Of a DNA stretch of 64,000 nucleotides, positions 28,201-41,319 are shown one piece after another; positions within the stretch are counted from its first letter, which is position 1; each line of letters opens with the position of its first letter. This DNA comes from Raillietiella orientalis (taxonomy: Eukaryota), in assembly GCA_036172245.1 (NCBI GenBank), contig JAYWIR010000039.1, positions 124,001 to 188,000 on the forward strand, in the 5' to 3' direction. The position numbers and the translations under genes are program-made. The notes beneath the pieces were generated by a model. The model was not told the origin of the DNA, did not search any database, and worked only from the letters and a program-made list of their open reading frames with translations.

Positions 28201-31200
28201 CAGTCTTTCCGATGTGCCTCGAAACTTTCGCTTTCTGCACAGCGCCGCTACAAGAGGTGGTTAAGAGGTCTGTGTTCACTGAAAGGCGTGCATAAACGGG
28301 AAAACTTCACTTGCTCATGGCTCGAAATAGGCGCACACCTTTTCACTGGAACCCGTCACACGGGACCTATGTACCTTCCGATCCCCACATTCTCACTGCC
28401 ACCGCCTCCACGTATCGGCCAGCAGGATCTGGTATATAGTTTCGCGGTCGGACACTTCCAAAGATGTTTCCTACCGCTTTTAAACGCACTACACTGACAA
28501 AACGGTCGACTTTGCTGCTGAGAAACGAGCACCATTTCCAAAATAAGGTGTTCGCAAAGCTTACATCTGTATACGATGTACCGGATGATGTTCTGAAACC
28601 ACCACCACCGTAGCTTCGCGCGGGCGCAGTCGCAGCGGGAACGCGGCAAACCTGCGGGAAGGTTCAGGTCACACCGCCAAAAATCATGGACGGACGGAGC
28701 GTCCACTTCCGCCCGTAACGATTTATGGCGTACCACAAGAGGAAGTACACTACATCGCACCATGATTATCCATGCTAGCTTACTAATACAGACGGTCTTA
28801 AATTCCAAAAGAAACAATCTCTTCAAGGTGTTAGTCAAAGGAAGAAAATACTGAGCATTCGATGGTCAATTCTCAACCGGTGGTCGACTGTGCTGTACAT
28901 ACCCTTTTTCAGGGGATTTAAGCAGGAAGACACTGGCTGTGTACAGAAGTGCATTCGAATGCGACGCGACGTAGTAGAAAGGAACATCAGGAAGAAAAGA
29001 GAGGATGAGGTAATAACTTAAAAGAACATGAAACACTTTCCAAATCCGAACACCAGGCACATCATCAAACGAAAGCACTCATTTCACTTCCCTTTTAATC
29101 TTCACAATGAATCAGTTTTGCCGTGCTCTTGCAAAGGATTTCTGACTTTAAGGTGAGGGACAATTAGCTTTTATAGAAGTGTTGTGATTCAAGTCGCTGA
29201 CTTTTTTTAGCATTACGAAATTTTCGTTTGCAGCCATAACATGAGATTCAAATATCCAAATTAAAATAAACAATTCATTGAATAAGACCAGAAAAACAAA
29301 ACCTGTACGCCGTGTCTTGTGACCGCTTTCCTTTTACTTTCTGAATTGGCATCAGTTACCATTTCTCCAGCTTGAGCATGCATATCAGAAACATCACAGG
29401 CTTTTTCGAAAATCGGTCCAGAAAGCTGCTGAAAATTTTGTATTACAGCAGTGTATAGTAATATAAGGAATACGATACATAAAAACAAACAAACAAATGA
29501 ATGTGAGCATCAAGCAGCACAGCAGCTTTTACTGAGATTGACGAACAAGGTGTTGTGGTTTTTCTCGGGGAATCAGGGAAAACGGTTCTTATTAACTAAA
29601 ATAGCGATCGCTTTCAGCTTTTTCAGAGATCATACCGAAGTTATGTACCATAAAGCAAACTCTCATGGCCCTCTCTATTCTCTGGAATATCTCTTATGAG
29701 TCAGCAACCTTCAGTTGCCAGTTCAGCTCATTGGATTCTGTGTGGAAAACGAATCCGCGATTGGATTCATTTATCATGCTGACGGCCATCCGTGCTCCTG
29801 AATGACTGCTACGGAACGAACTTGTCATGAAATGACGCCTAGAATGACCCTCACGACCAAAGAACCAGTGTTTAGGGAGTAGATATCAAAGAATGTTGGA
29901 ATCAAGAGTCGATGTTAGCTGAATATCAACTTATAATATAATTGTGACGTTATTCTTCGGTTATTAGTGGAACTCAAGAGGAGGAGTGGATGAGAACAGA
30001 AAGCGATCTTCTGAAGGCATGTTTTCAGTAACAGTTGCACATGTCTGCGCAGTCAAAGTCAAGAGTCTTAATCACATGGTCACGGAACCGGGACCATCTT
30101 ATTATGCTGGCCGTTCGTGCACCACTGCAGTCAAGCCCAAGACCACAACAAATACGAATGCTTACGAAAGAATGGCAACTTTCATGCTTTTTTTGTGATG
30201 CATATATCTCATGTACGCTGCAATATGCATACGAAACGCATGTACACCTCTTTGCTAGGGTGAGCACCCATCTTTAAGCGTTTCCTTGGACACGAGATAT
30301 CAAGTGGAGCGCGCACCCGGAAGGCTTTGATTGAGGCACGATTGAACTTACTCTGTATATGCAATAAAAATACAATACACAACAGGTGTACTGAGTCTGA
30401 TGTAAACAAATGTCTAAATAATTTTAAAAACAACAGGTCTTATGCTGCAGAGATTTTTAAAATCTAGCAGAGAAAACACACATTCGGTTCGGCTGAAAAG
30501 GTTTATAAATAAAATCACATCAGATTGATTATCATACGAAACCTTTATGCAAAAAAAAAAAAGGGAGTTCACTTTTTTTTTTTTTTTTTATTTCCTTTTT
30601 GCAATAAGACACTGCAAGTCTCAATATCGCAGCCAGATGGGAATTGCCGAACAACGGGCAAGCAGACTCAAAAGTGAACCAAATCGAACTTCCGAATTGT
30701 TTTTAAAGCAAGCAGGTGACAGCATACCTCGCAATCAACACACACAGCCGACGGCGACGTGTGACCGTTTCCTTTTTCGAGAGGCTTGACGCCTTCAAGT
30801 GAGGCGGAATCATTGTCCACAGGGTTCTCAACGGAAGACAGATTTTCCTTTGGTTCAGGTCTCACGTGTGGCACTACATGAGGAGCAGCCAACACGACCG
30901 TCTTTGAATCCAAATGCTTATCATCGCTATCGATGTCTGTACTGGAAGCTGCTCTGTAAAATGGAGCCGAGGGAGAGCTGTGCTCCGTCTTCGTGATCTT
31001 GTCATCTTTCGGCTGGTCAAAAGCTACACTTTGAGGTGAAAAGTTAGGCGTCGCTCACCCAAGAAATCAAATTCTGAATCTTGAAACGAACTGGATTACC
31101 GGCAGAGCTAATTATTTCGACAGCTTTTTCCCGGCTGGCGTCACGCAAATCTATGCCATCTACTTCAAGAATACGGTCTCCAATCTAAAATGAATAAAAT

Positions 31201-34200
31201 ATATTTATAAGAGGGGTTGGGGTGAACCCGGGAGGCATCGGCAATATGCAGAGGCATTAATCCATGTTTATTTAGTATTCTGGCAATTCCAGAGGTGGTA
31301 AAGGAGACACGTGTTATTTAATTGCAAAGTTAAGCGAAAAAAATATACAACACAGAAAGCTTGCAAATTAAGCGTCCGCTTAGTACTGGAGGAGAAGAAA
31401 TGAATTCTAGTGGAGTTTGAACGTGCCGCAAAGACACTGAAATCATCACGAATCCCATTACTGACTGATTGAAACCAAGATTCGTCGAATAAAATGAATC
31501 CATCAAAACGCATTTTATGTGTTTGGCAGTAAAAGGCTGACTTGCTAAAGGAAGAAAAAACCGCAGTGGCTCCGTTGGGATTCATTACTGGGACAGATGC
31601 AAACCGATACACGAGGTTCCTTTTAGTGAAATATTTTGAAGCTGAATTTCAAATTGAAGCACGTGTGTTTGCGTCCGATTCTTGCAATGCTCATACCATT
31701 AAAGCTCTTTTCGTGTTTGCGTTCTAGCTATAAAAACGGAACATCGACTCGACGACAGTGATGTGTATTTCCACATTGCACTCGCAACTCCCTTTCATAA
31801 AATTAACCCACGTTCCCCAAACCTGTGATGATGCTGAAGTGAGGTATGAAGTGAAAATGGATGAAGGATGTGAGGATGGAGTGAAAATCTGTCTCCCTCC
31901 AAAATGAAAGACATGCAGAACAATAAGAGTATTTCAGAAAACCACAAATAACAGCAGATATCAGCAATATGGCACATTCGGATATACATGTGCCCTTGCC
32001 ATCAGCCCGAAGGGCAGTAGTGCAAACTGTCTTCTCCGGCGTGAGACAAACGGGAGATGAGGAAGCGCTAGGTGAGATCTAAAGCCGAGTTTCCGACTTT
32101 GATTATAGAAAGTCGCCCAAACGCTCAATTCACAAAGCTACTTCGATGATTGGAAAAGGGCAGGAAGCTGGAAACTTGTGCTTCTGAAACAGAAAAAATG
32201 GGCAAACGGTGCTGGTACTTTCACACTTTTTCCACGAAATTGTGGGACGGCCAGGAATCGAGACGATTTGCTGTTCCGACAAAGAAGTGTCATTCTAATA
32301 TGAGCATTCGTTATGAATACATCGCATCGAAAAGCAACTGCAAAAAAGGAAAGAAACCCGAAATGCTGGGCTCCATCAGCGTTATAACTTAAACCTGAAA
32401 TCCACATCTGCGCATCATCCCCACATGCGCACGCACATAGGATTAAGCGATTCATCCGATCACTTCCAATTTCCAAGTATTCTAGATGTAGCAGCAACGG
32501 AATCCCAAAAAACAGACCGACGAAGATACATTCTCCAGTTGGTTTGCAGCGGTGACGACAATTCACAGTAAAGAATGAATCTTTTGTACGGAAATATAAA
32601 ACCTTTGTTTTGCGGTGGCGACCACGGAATCATGTGAGATGGGCTACCCCATTTTAATGCAAAAAAAAAAAATCCGCCCCTCAAGAATTAGACTGAAACA
32701 CCAATCACCACTGCAATGTACCAAGACCTTTCCGACTAATTATGGTCAGAAAGTACAAACTAATTAGTCCGCCATCGGCTGCTGCGCCTGTCGATTGGTC
32801 TGTGACTACGCGTTAAAGGTCACTAATCGCATGACAGTCAAGGGCAAAGGCAAATGAAATGAACAACGTTCACCCTATACTCAACGCTACTTGCATTTTA
32901 CGACATGCTGACTTGAGAGCGAGATGTCTTTCAATCCCGAGTCCTGCGGATTTGCGAGCAGCATACACAACCGTGATCGGTAGATCACGGTTGTGTATGC
33001 TGACGAGAACATGAAACGCGACCTTTTTGAAATTTTGCATTTCGAAAGACCGCATCCGAGCCCGTACCTCTTAACGTTCCATTTATTTTCACCAAACATT
33101 AGATTTGCAAAGACACATGTCACATGGTATGACCCCGAACAAGAACAAGCTTTCATATCGGAACTTGCGCACAATCAACTGTCACATACTCTTCAAATCG
33201 TTCTCGAGTGAGTATGCGGCTAAAATTGAATAAATATGAGATTTTTCCCGATACGCAGCTTCCGCTCGAGCTGTTAGAGCATTGCACGCGAGAAACGACG
33301 ATCTGTTTCCCGAGCGGCCTTTTTTTTTTTTCTGTCAAACCTTCAGCAAGTTGTTCCTTCCGCAAACGCTGTCGGGCAAAACGCTGTTGATGAAGATCCC
33401 AGAAACGATGGTTTTGTCGGCGGCCAGCTGACTCTCATTAGTTGCGTCGATCTGAAATTCACATTTCCTTGCACAGATGGTCAAACGTAAGCACACCGAT
33501 CGAATTGTACACAAAACAAATGCGAAAAGACGAACTCCTGTCGTGTTTTCTCATTTCATGTCAGCAGCACCGAATTGCTATAGATTCCCGAGAACGGTCA
33601 TCCGTGCTGACATCGGATTGCTTTTCCGGGTTCTCAGTTCCCGAATTCGGTTAACACCTGGAGTTTTCGGAAATTTATCGCAAGCTCACTCCCGCAACGA
33701 AAAGGTCACACCGACTGTAAACAAGAGCCATTCTGACACCCGTGTTTTCCAAACGGTTACTGGCAACAACACTTCGAGCAAAAAGTCAATACTGCGCTCT
33801 CAACAAGCTTCCTGCGCGGGGGAGGGGAGGGGTACATTCCCCGAATTGGAACTCGGAGAAGACTAGAGGTTCCTCAAAGGACAAGCGGGAATGAACTTGC
33901 TTTCGTTCTCTGCGTACATACACGGACGGGATGCGCGCCATTCACCAAGACTCACCTTGCCACTTACTATGCTAATACCAAGCACTTTGTTTGCTTCACG
34001 GTAAATTTCCACAGTTTTCTCCGGACCCCAATTTCGGAATGTGAGCGTAGGGCCTCCATTCGTTTTTATGGTAGGAGAAATCGTCTTGAAACACATGAAA
34101 GTACAGATAGTAAGCTTTATGATAATGAGGGATGTTTGGTAACTTATAAGTATTAACAACAAACCAATGCTTTCCTTGACGACATTGCGTGCGCGGGGAA

Positions 34201-36120
34201 ACGGACCCTTTACTACGAAAATACAAGTAAAAGCTTGTAAGTTTGCTATCGAGAATTTAAGCAGAGTCTGCGCTCAAGAATCACACTCGAATAAACGACG
34301 AAGAGCGCCACGTCTTGACCCAACTCTGAGGATGCCCAAGTAAGATGGAAGAGTACAATGGAAACACGATCCTCGCAACATTCTGGAAAACCCGGCAAGT
34401 GGAGAAAAACACGTGAATTCTTCTGGAACCCAACCAAACGCTTGTAGTTCTTGTATTTGGAAAACCCAATGCCCAATTCATAGATGACTTGTGCAATCCT
34501 TCAGGGGTTCACATTCTGGTTAAGGTGAATGACGATAAAAACAACACTGCAAACCTAACGCTGATGTTAAGACAAAGCAAATGAAACTTAACGTAACCAC
34601 AGCTGCATGCCTTTTTCTTTCTCTTCTTCTTCTTCCTCTGCCGCAGATGTGACATCAAGTGATTTTTCCTCATCTGGTTTATGAAATCTGTATTTCAAAT
34701 GCTATCATTTGCGCACGCGCAGACACACACACAAAACAGACAGGCAAACACGCTTTTTACATATTCTTTTCGCATCTTTCTATCAGAAACTTCTTCCTTT
34801 TGGTGAGTTATGGAGTTGTATTGCATTCTTAAACAGCTGCGTAGTTGTTTTCTTGAACGGAACCACACAAATGAAACTTGCAATATATCAGATAGGGTCT
34901 ATTTTCAACTTAAGAAACGACTGAGTTCAACCCCCCCTGCCCGGGAACTAGCTATTCCATAGAATCCATTACAGACCGTATCGATATAATTCAATTTATT
35001 TACTTAACCGTACTTAAAAACAATAAGGAGACATGATGAACAGCTTTTCTTTTCCAACGAAACTGGGCGGTGATGACTTCAATCATCGCGATGCAAATAA
35101 GGATAGGTTTAGAGACTTTCGAAGTTTTACACCGCTTGACGACCACAGAAGGAAAAGTCAGATTCTTCTACCTTACAAGAGCTTGATTCCGGATTCCTCC
35201 GAAACACCGCAAGAGCAGGCAAGAGTGCCGTACTACCCCGCTGACCCCAGTCTGCCAGAGGAAAGGATATTCCATCTTCGAGAATGCTACAGTGTCGGAA
35301 GAAAGATTACTACGGCTGTTCGTCTCCGACTATTCAAGTCGTTATGTCCCGCTCCAAGCAGGTCGGAGATTCAAACTTTCGCAACACACAGGTCAACACC
35401 GAAGCAATGAATTCCATGAGGCAAATGAGTTTCCTACGTTTGCGGTGAATCATGAACTTGATTTCCTTGCATATGGAAATAAATAAAGAATGTAAAGACG
35501 CTGCTATTTCATATTTTTCTTTGGTGTGCATCTATTGAACTTCCTTGGTATTACACATATAACCAGAATCGTTGCTCGGAAATTATTTTTGTTTAAATTT
35601 TCGATTAATTGTGAATTCTAGAAAAGTGCAGGGAAGCGAACAGCAAAAAAACAGCAAGACTCTGGCCTTTTGTTTTCATGATGCAGTCCTAACTAATCAC
35701 CTTTGTGGGGGGAAACAGCACTCCTGAAAATTTTCAAACAGGCTGACCGGCGAATCTTGAAAGAATCAGCGATTCCGAGTGGCTTCGTGGCTCACGGAGA
35801 ACGCAGCCTCACCGGCGACTTTCAGATCACTCCTGGTCTTCATGACACCCAACTATCCGAACCTGCTCCAACCCCAAATCACATTTGCTCCACTTTTCCA
35901 AACAGCATCCCTGCTGGTTCTTCATCATGTAGAAAATTTTCCAAAAGTCGCTGTATTTTTCAGCCATGCTTTTCGACTGGGAGAACGCTGGCAGTGGAGA
36001 AGCAGACGAGTGTGTTTTTCATGGTGTTTAAACGCACACTCATGAGCGCCCATGGTTCAGTTTGCGTGCGATTTTACAGTTGTACATTGAAGATTTAGAA
36101 TACATTGAAAACCAATACAC

Positions 36121-36159
<39 letters not shown>

Positions 36160-39100
36160 GAAGCTAACATGAATCGAGCGATCGGAATACAATCCTAAAG
36201 ACTAATAGATGAGTTCACGGGCCACCATCACATATACTTCTCTAAACTATCAGTAAAGATAGCCAAGCCCCACAGATCAGTTACGGCGGAGTTTCTACGC
36301 ACTGAACCCGTATTGCAAAGATATTTTGTGAAAGAGTTCGCCGAACCTTTTTGATGTAAGCATGATGCAGTAGTTTCCAGGAATAAAATCTGTGAAATTA
36401 GAAGCAAAAATAAAAGAAAAAACAACGCATGTGCAAGTTGCAGCTACATTGAGCATGCCTTGAGGTGCGTCCAAAACGTCTGCACTCTGTGGGAAAAAAT
36501 TCAAAGCTGAGAAGACTCACCAGATCGGAGCTGCTGATACTATCGAAGCAAAGTGGAGTGACGGCACTTTCAGCCGAAAATGAAATGCACTCGTACTGCT
36601 TGCTCGTGCTGACATCGTCATCACCATTAGTTGCAACTGCATCGATGTCCAAGGTCGAGCAGCTGCTGTCAGAGATTTTTTCCAGTTTTGTACTCGAAAC
36701 GAATGAAGTACCCAAGAGATCTAATGACTGAACCTCTTTGGGGCTGCACTGTGCTTTTTCTATCGAAAATTCGTTTGCATCACTAAATGAAGAATGCGAC
36801 GATGAATTTTGCAACAACACGTTTCTCGGTGTTTCGAGAGTAAAGGTCGAGTGGGACGTATAAAGAGGAGGAGGGATACGCGGTAAAGAATCTTCAGGTT
36901 CATGGTCTTCGATGCTCGCATTCTTCCAGCCTTCATCTTGATATAACCTGTACAAATCATTGGAATCAGTGTCTCGACTGTCGCAAGAAAGAGACGCAAA
37001 GGCATCGCTGTTTTTCGATTCACTGTCTGCCAACATCAGATCAACGTTTTCCAGTTTCTTTTCCGATGTTTGTGTTGTGACTTCACCTTGTAAGGTGCCA
37101 GACGAACTGAAATATAAATATAACTGCGGTAAGAGCTCACATCTGAATGCTAAATACATGTAGATATGAAGAAGAAGAAATAGAAATCTAGTAGGATGGC
37201 ATTTATTCTTCTTTTACATTTACTCGATTTTTTGAAGGTTCGCTGAAGTTGCTCCGCATAAACGGAAAATAACCTGCGAACGCTCTCTCCACAAAGAAAA
37301 CGCCAAATAATCCAAAGATTATGATCTCACGTGGGATCCTCATTCTGGACCAAAGATGCTTCCGTATAGAGTCAAGAATCTCCGAAAGGGGGATTCACGA
37401 CCGAATACTTTACTTAGCTTCGAGAATAATGATGGAAAAACACACGTGGAAGCACAAACGCAACAAGTGCTTTGCGTCTCTGAAGCCCACTCAGGAAGGA
37501 AATGCTTATCAAAATTTTTCGAAATTCTTGACTCTCTTAATGACACGAGTGCTCCTAACGGTTTTTGCTAAATTTGTGCGCGCTTGGTATTCAACTCGAA
37601 GGCTTCATTTTTGCAGCAGACGTAACCGTTCCACGAAAATCAGCATCAATTTACAAGGATTCGTTTACCACCGTGAGCCTTTGCTTTCCTTTCGCATCCA
37701 TCCAGTGTCCACTCCGGTTTTCCAGAACGCATTTTCCATCTGTAGAGGCGGCACGACTTGCTTTGTCAAGAGCGTTTTCCACTGCCATTTCGAATCGAAA
37801 TCTTTTCAGGAGACACGGAACTTTCTATGACGCCACAAGGATGCAATGGCCCCCACTCACGGTTCCTCTCAATAGCCAGGATCGATTCCTGTATCGACTG
37901 CAGTTTCATGCTTAAGACTCGAAATAAATGCCAGCAGATAGCAGTGCATCTGACACTGATACAGATAACATAACCATGTGCTTGAAATCAAATACGCGAT
38001 TTAGTCAACTATCCGAGAAACAAGGATAAAGCAATAACTGCAGATAAAACTCAATGAGGCCATTTACTTTAATCTGAGTGGATGCAAACCGCAAACGATT
38101 CCACATGTGATTCTAATGAAACGGCGGAAACGTTCGATCTTGAAGCTATGAAGAGCATGAAACTCATGGAACTGCAAATCCAAGCTTTTTTTCAGGGACA
38201 GTGCCATTTTCGAAATCATACAAAGATTCCCTGAAAACAGAGAAATCGAAGGAATATATTCGTAGGAAAGCCAGACGCAAGAGGGAAGCCACCTAATAGT
38301 AGCAACGTCGACTTTTGGCTAAAAGTTTTTGACTTTTTCCGGTCTCTTAGAGAGAGAAAATTTTCTTTAAGCGCCAGTAAACAGGAAAACTCGACCGAAA
38401 TACACAATGGGAAAACCCCGATAGCTTTCTTCCAAATAAGGATTACAGTAAGGAAGCATACCACTCTGCTGGAACCACCATTACTAATAACAACAGTAAT
38501 ACGAATCATCCTACTCTCTTCCATTTAAAATAAATAACATTAAAAGGGATGAAATGCTTCTAAAGAAAACGAAATATGACATCGAATATTCTGGAAACAC
38601 ACTATTGAAAAATGCGATTATTATTGCTAAGTGACAACTGCGGACGATCCAAACTTAACATTCCTCAAAGTAAGAGGAAAACCTTTTCTGAGTCGACGAT
38701 TTGTCAGAAATACTTAAAAGCAATTAAGACAACAGCAAACCTCCTTTATTCTTTGCAGTGTACTACAAGTTTCGGGTTTCATTTCCATCGCAACCGGAAT
38801 GACTTCAATTTTGTCGCTGTATTCAGAACACATTCATGTGCTCGTGGCGCACAACCCACTCATCATGATCTTCATGATTGCAGTCTTTGCAAGTGAAACG
38901 AGGTCCCGAGAAAAACACGCCACGACATGCCAAAACGGGGAACGTACGAAAGGACCACTTCTGCATGCACAAAAGCACAAAGACAAAGCAATGCTCGCGC
39001 TATGTACTTGGATTGAAAACTCCTAGCGCCACGAAAGTGGAAAACGGGTACATCTAAGATTAACAATTTTAATACGGGAAAAACGAAATCAACACCAAAT

Positions 39101-41264
39101 AAAGGCATTTCATGGCAACATCGATAGCTGTTAGTTTCAAACCAAGCATCAGCATACATCAGTTAAGCGATTACTCATCATTAGATCGACAACCGCTCCC
39201 AGATATCAACAGCGGTGCAATGGAACATGTACAAAAGCTTGCATAACTATCAAGCTGGTGAGTCTACACTTCAAATGCAATCTGGCTTGGCTTAGAAAGC
39301 GCTTGTTGCCGAGCTTCTCTACTGCACGAGAACGTGCTAATTACTTACCGATAATAGTGAGGATAAATCCTTGAAAAGAAAAAAAATCAGACGGAAGTGT
39401 TTGCAAATCATCTAGGTAGGGTACACGTACCTTGGAGTTGTCTGTCGAGGAAAGTTGACCACGGCCTTGGCGCAGGCAGCATTGCGTTGTGTTAGCAGTG
39501 ATTCACGAAACGCTGTCACTTCTGACCCGCAGAGGTAGGTTATGCTACGAAAGGAACGACAATTTCGAACTTGAGTCTTTTACGAAAAGCACACACACAC
39601 ACACACACACTTGAAATCGCAGCATGATTCAGTACTCTCGGAAAGATCGCATCCTGATGTACATGAAAAATACTTCGGGCTTCATGTAGTTTCCTCCCTC
39701 ACTGCTGTGAAAGATCACATCTACTGAATCTACCCAACATAAGCTTCCTGAGACAGAATAATGGATATGCCACAGGGAGATTAAAATTTAGAAAGTAAAG
39801 GCAGCGGCACAGAAATCGTTGGACCTTCGAAACTAATCAGATCAATAATCCACAAGAAACGAAAGCTTCCTACTAAAGAGTGTCGATACATCGAATTCGT
39901 GTCCGTGGGAGCGATTACGATTTTTCATGCCGTAATGAGCTCGCAGAATACGAGCTAATTAACAAGAAGGCGAGGGAAGCGCTTCTGGAAAGTTGAAAGG
40001 TCTACCGGCATTTTCGAAATGTGGCTGGCATGAAATGAAAAAGGCAATGATGAATCCGCCAGGAAAAAATGGAGCATATATTCTTTTATTAATGATTTTG
40101 TTGACTCTGAACTGCCTGGAAAATATCACTCTCCCTATTACTGACATTGGAAAGCTGTTACGAGCTGGAACTTACCGAAGGTGAGGTTCCTAATTAAGAG
40201 CGAGATCGCAGAGGAATGTCAGTTGGAAAATTTTCAAACGAAGCGGTAGAGATTTAAGGAGGAAACAAGCAGAACCGAATAGCTGCCGAAGACATGCAAC
40301 AAAACTGATGGAGAACTTGAGAGCTGTTCGGAAGTAGAGGTTCACAAATCCTTGATAATCCCTGAAGCCAGAATCGCGCTACACTAGATGTTGCTTCATA
40401 CTATCAAGAAATAAAAATAAAAGGCAAGTACGCAAAGTCCATTAATGCCTCATTTCAGAACAGTGGAAAACCAAAGAGTGCCATCATCTCTGCTACTAAC
40501 GTTCCTACTGCTTCCAGAAATGATTGTCCGACAAAGGGAAGTCCTGGAAGACGGTTCCGTTTGTTCCTGGTCTAGCTAAAATAGTAGGTGACCCATCAAT
40601 CTGCTATTCTGTCAATGAAGACATCAGCAGTCAAGGTTAACTTATTCCCAGCTGTTTAATTTTGTTTGCCTGTTGGTCTTTCGGTGTGTAAGGCAAATAT
40701 TCATTTATAAGGCAAAGTATGGAAATCATATGGCAGGTTAAATGGACTCCATTCATAAACTTTAAACCCCGATAGTCATGTTGCTTCTTAAGAGAGAAAT
40801 TGCTTCCGCTTGAGAATGACTCACTTGAGGGAGAGAGGACTAAAAAGTCACCTTGTTTAAAACATACTTAAAAGCTACCGTGTGCATTGCACATGAAGCA
40901 AAATATCATACTTATCAAACTTCCTTATGATGTGGGTGTTTCAATGCTAAGGCACGGTTTGCGAGGTTCCGGTTCTTGAAGAAATACGACAAACCACGTA
41001 AAAGATGCTGATACTTTGATTTCCGAACTGCATATTCCGACCAACAAACCCAAAGGCCATTAGTAAAAAGAACTTTTATGCACTCAAATTCTGTGTGTGT
41101 GTGTGGGGGGGGGAGTGCTCTTGAAACACACACCTGATGGGCTCAAATCAAAAATTTATTGAATTACAACGAGCTTAAAAATAAATAGATAAATACGTAT
41201 TCTATTAATTTCGTAATGAATGCAACAAGATAATTTTGGAGAACGTATGAAGTATGGGGAAATG

Positions 41265-41319
<55 letters not shown>

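Noticed and set aside
31905..31915. TGAAAGACATG match to the 5' end of miR-71
   Set aside because: The rest of the mature sequence and the hairpin are absent
36416..36486. Possible extra exon [10 protein letters not shown] after the large linker exon
   Set aside because: Needs a 34-nt intron, shorter than the 43-nt minimum seen elsewhere in the gene, and has no good donor
24727..37830. Intronic plus-strand ORFs at 24727, 32993, 35033 and 37321
   Set aside because: No recognisable homology or supporting splice and poly-A signals; lengths compatible with chance
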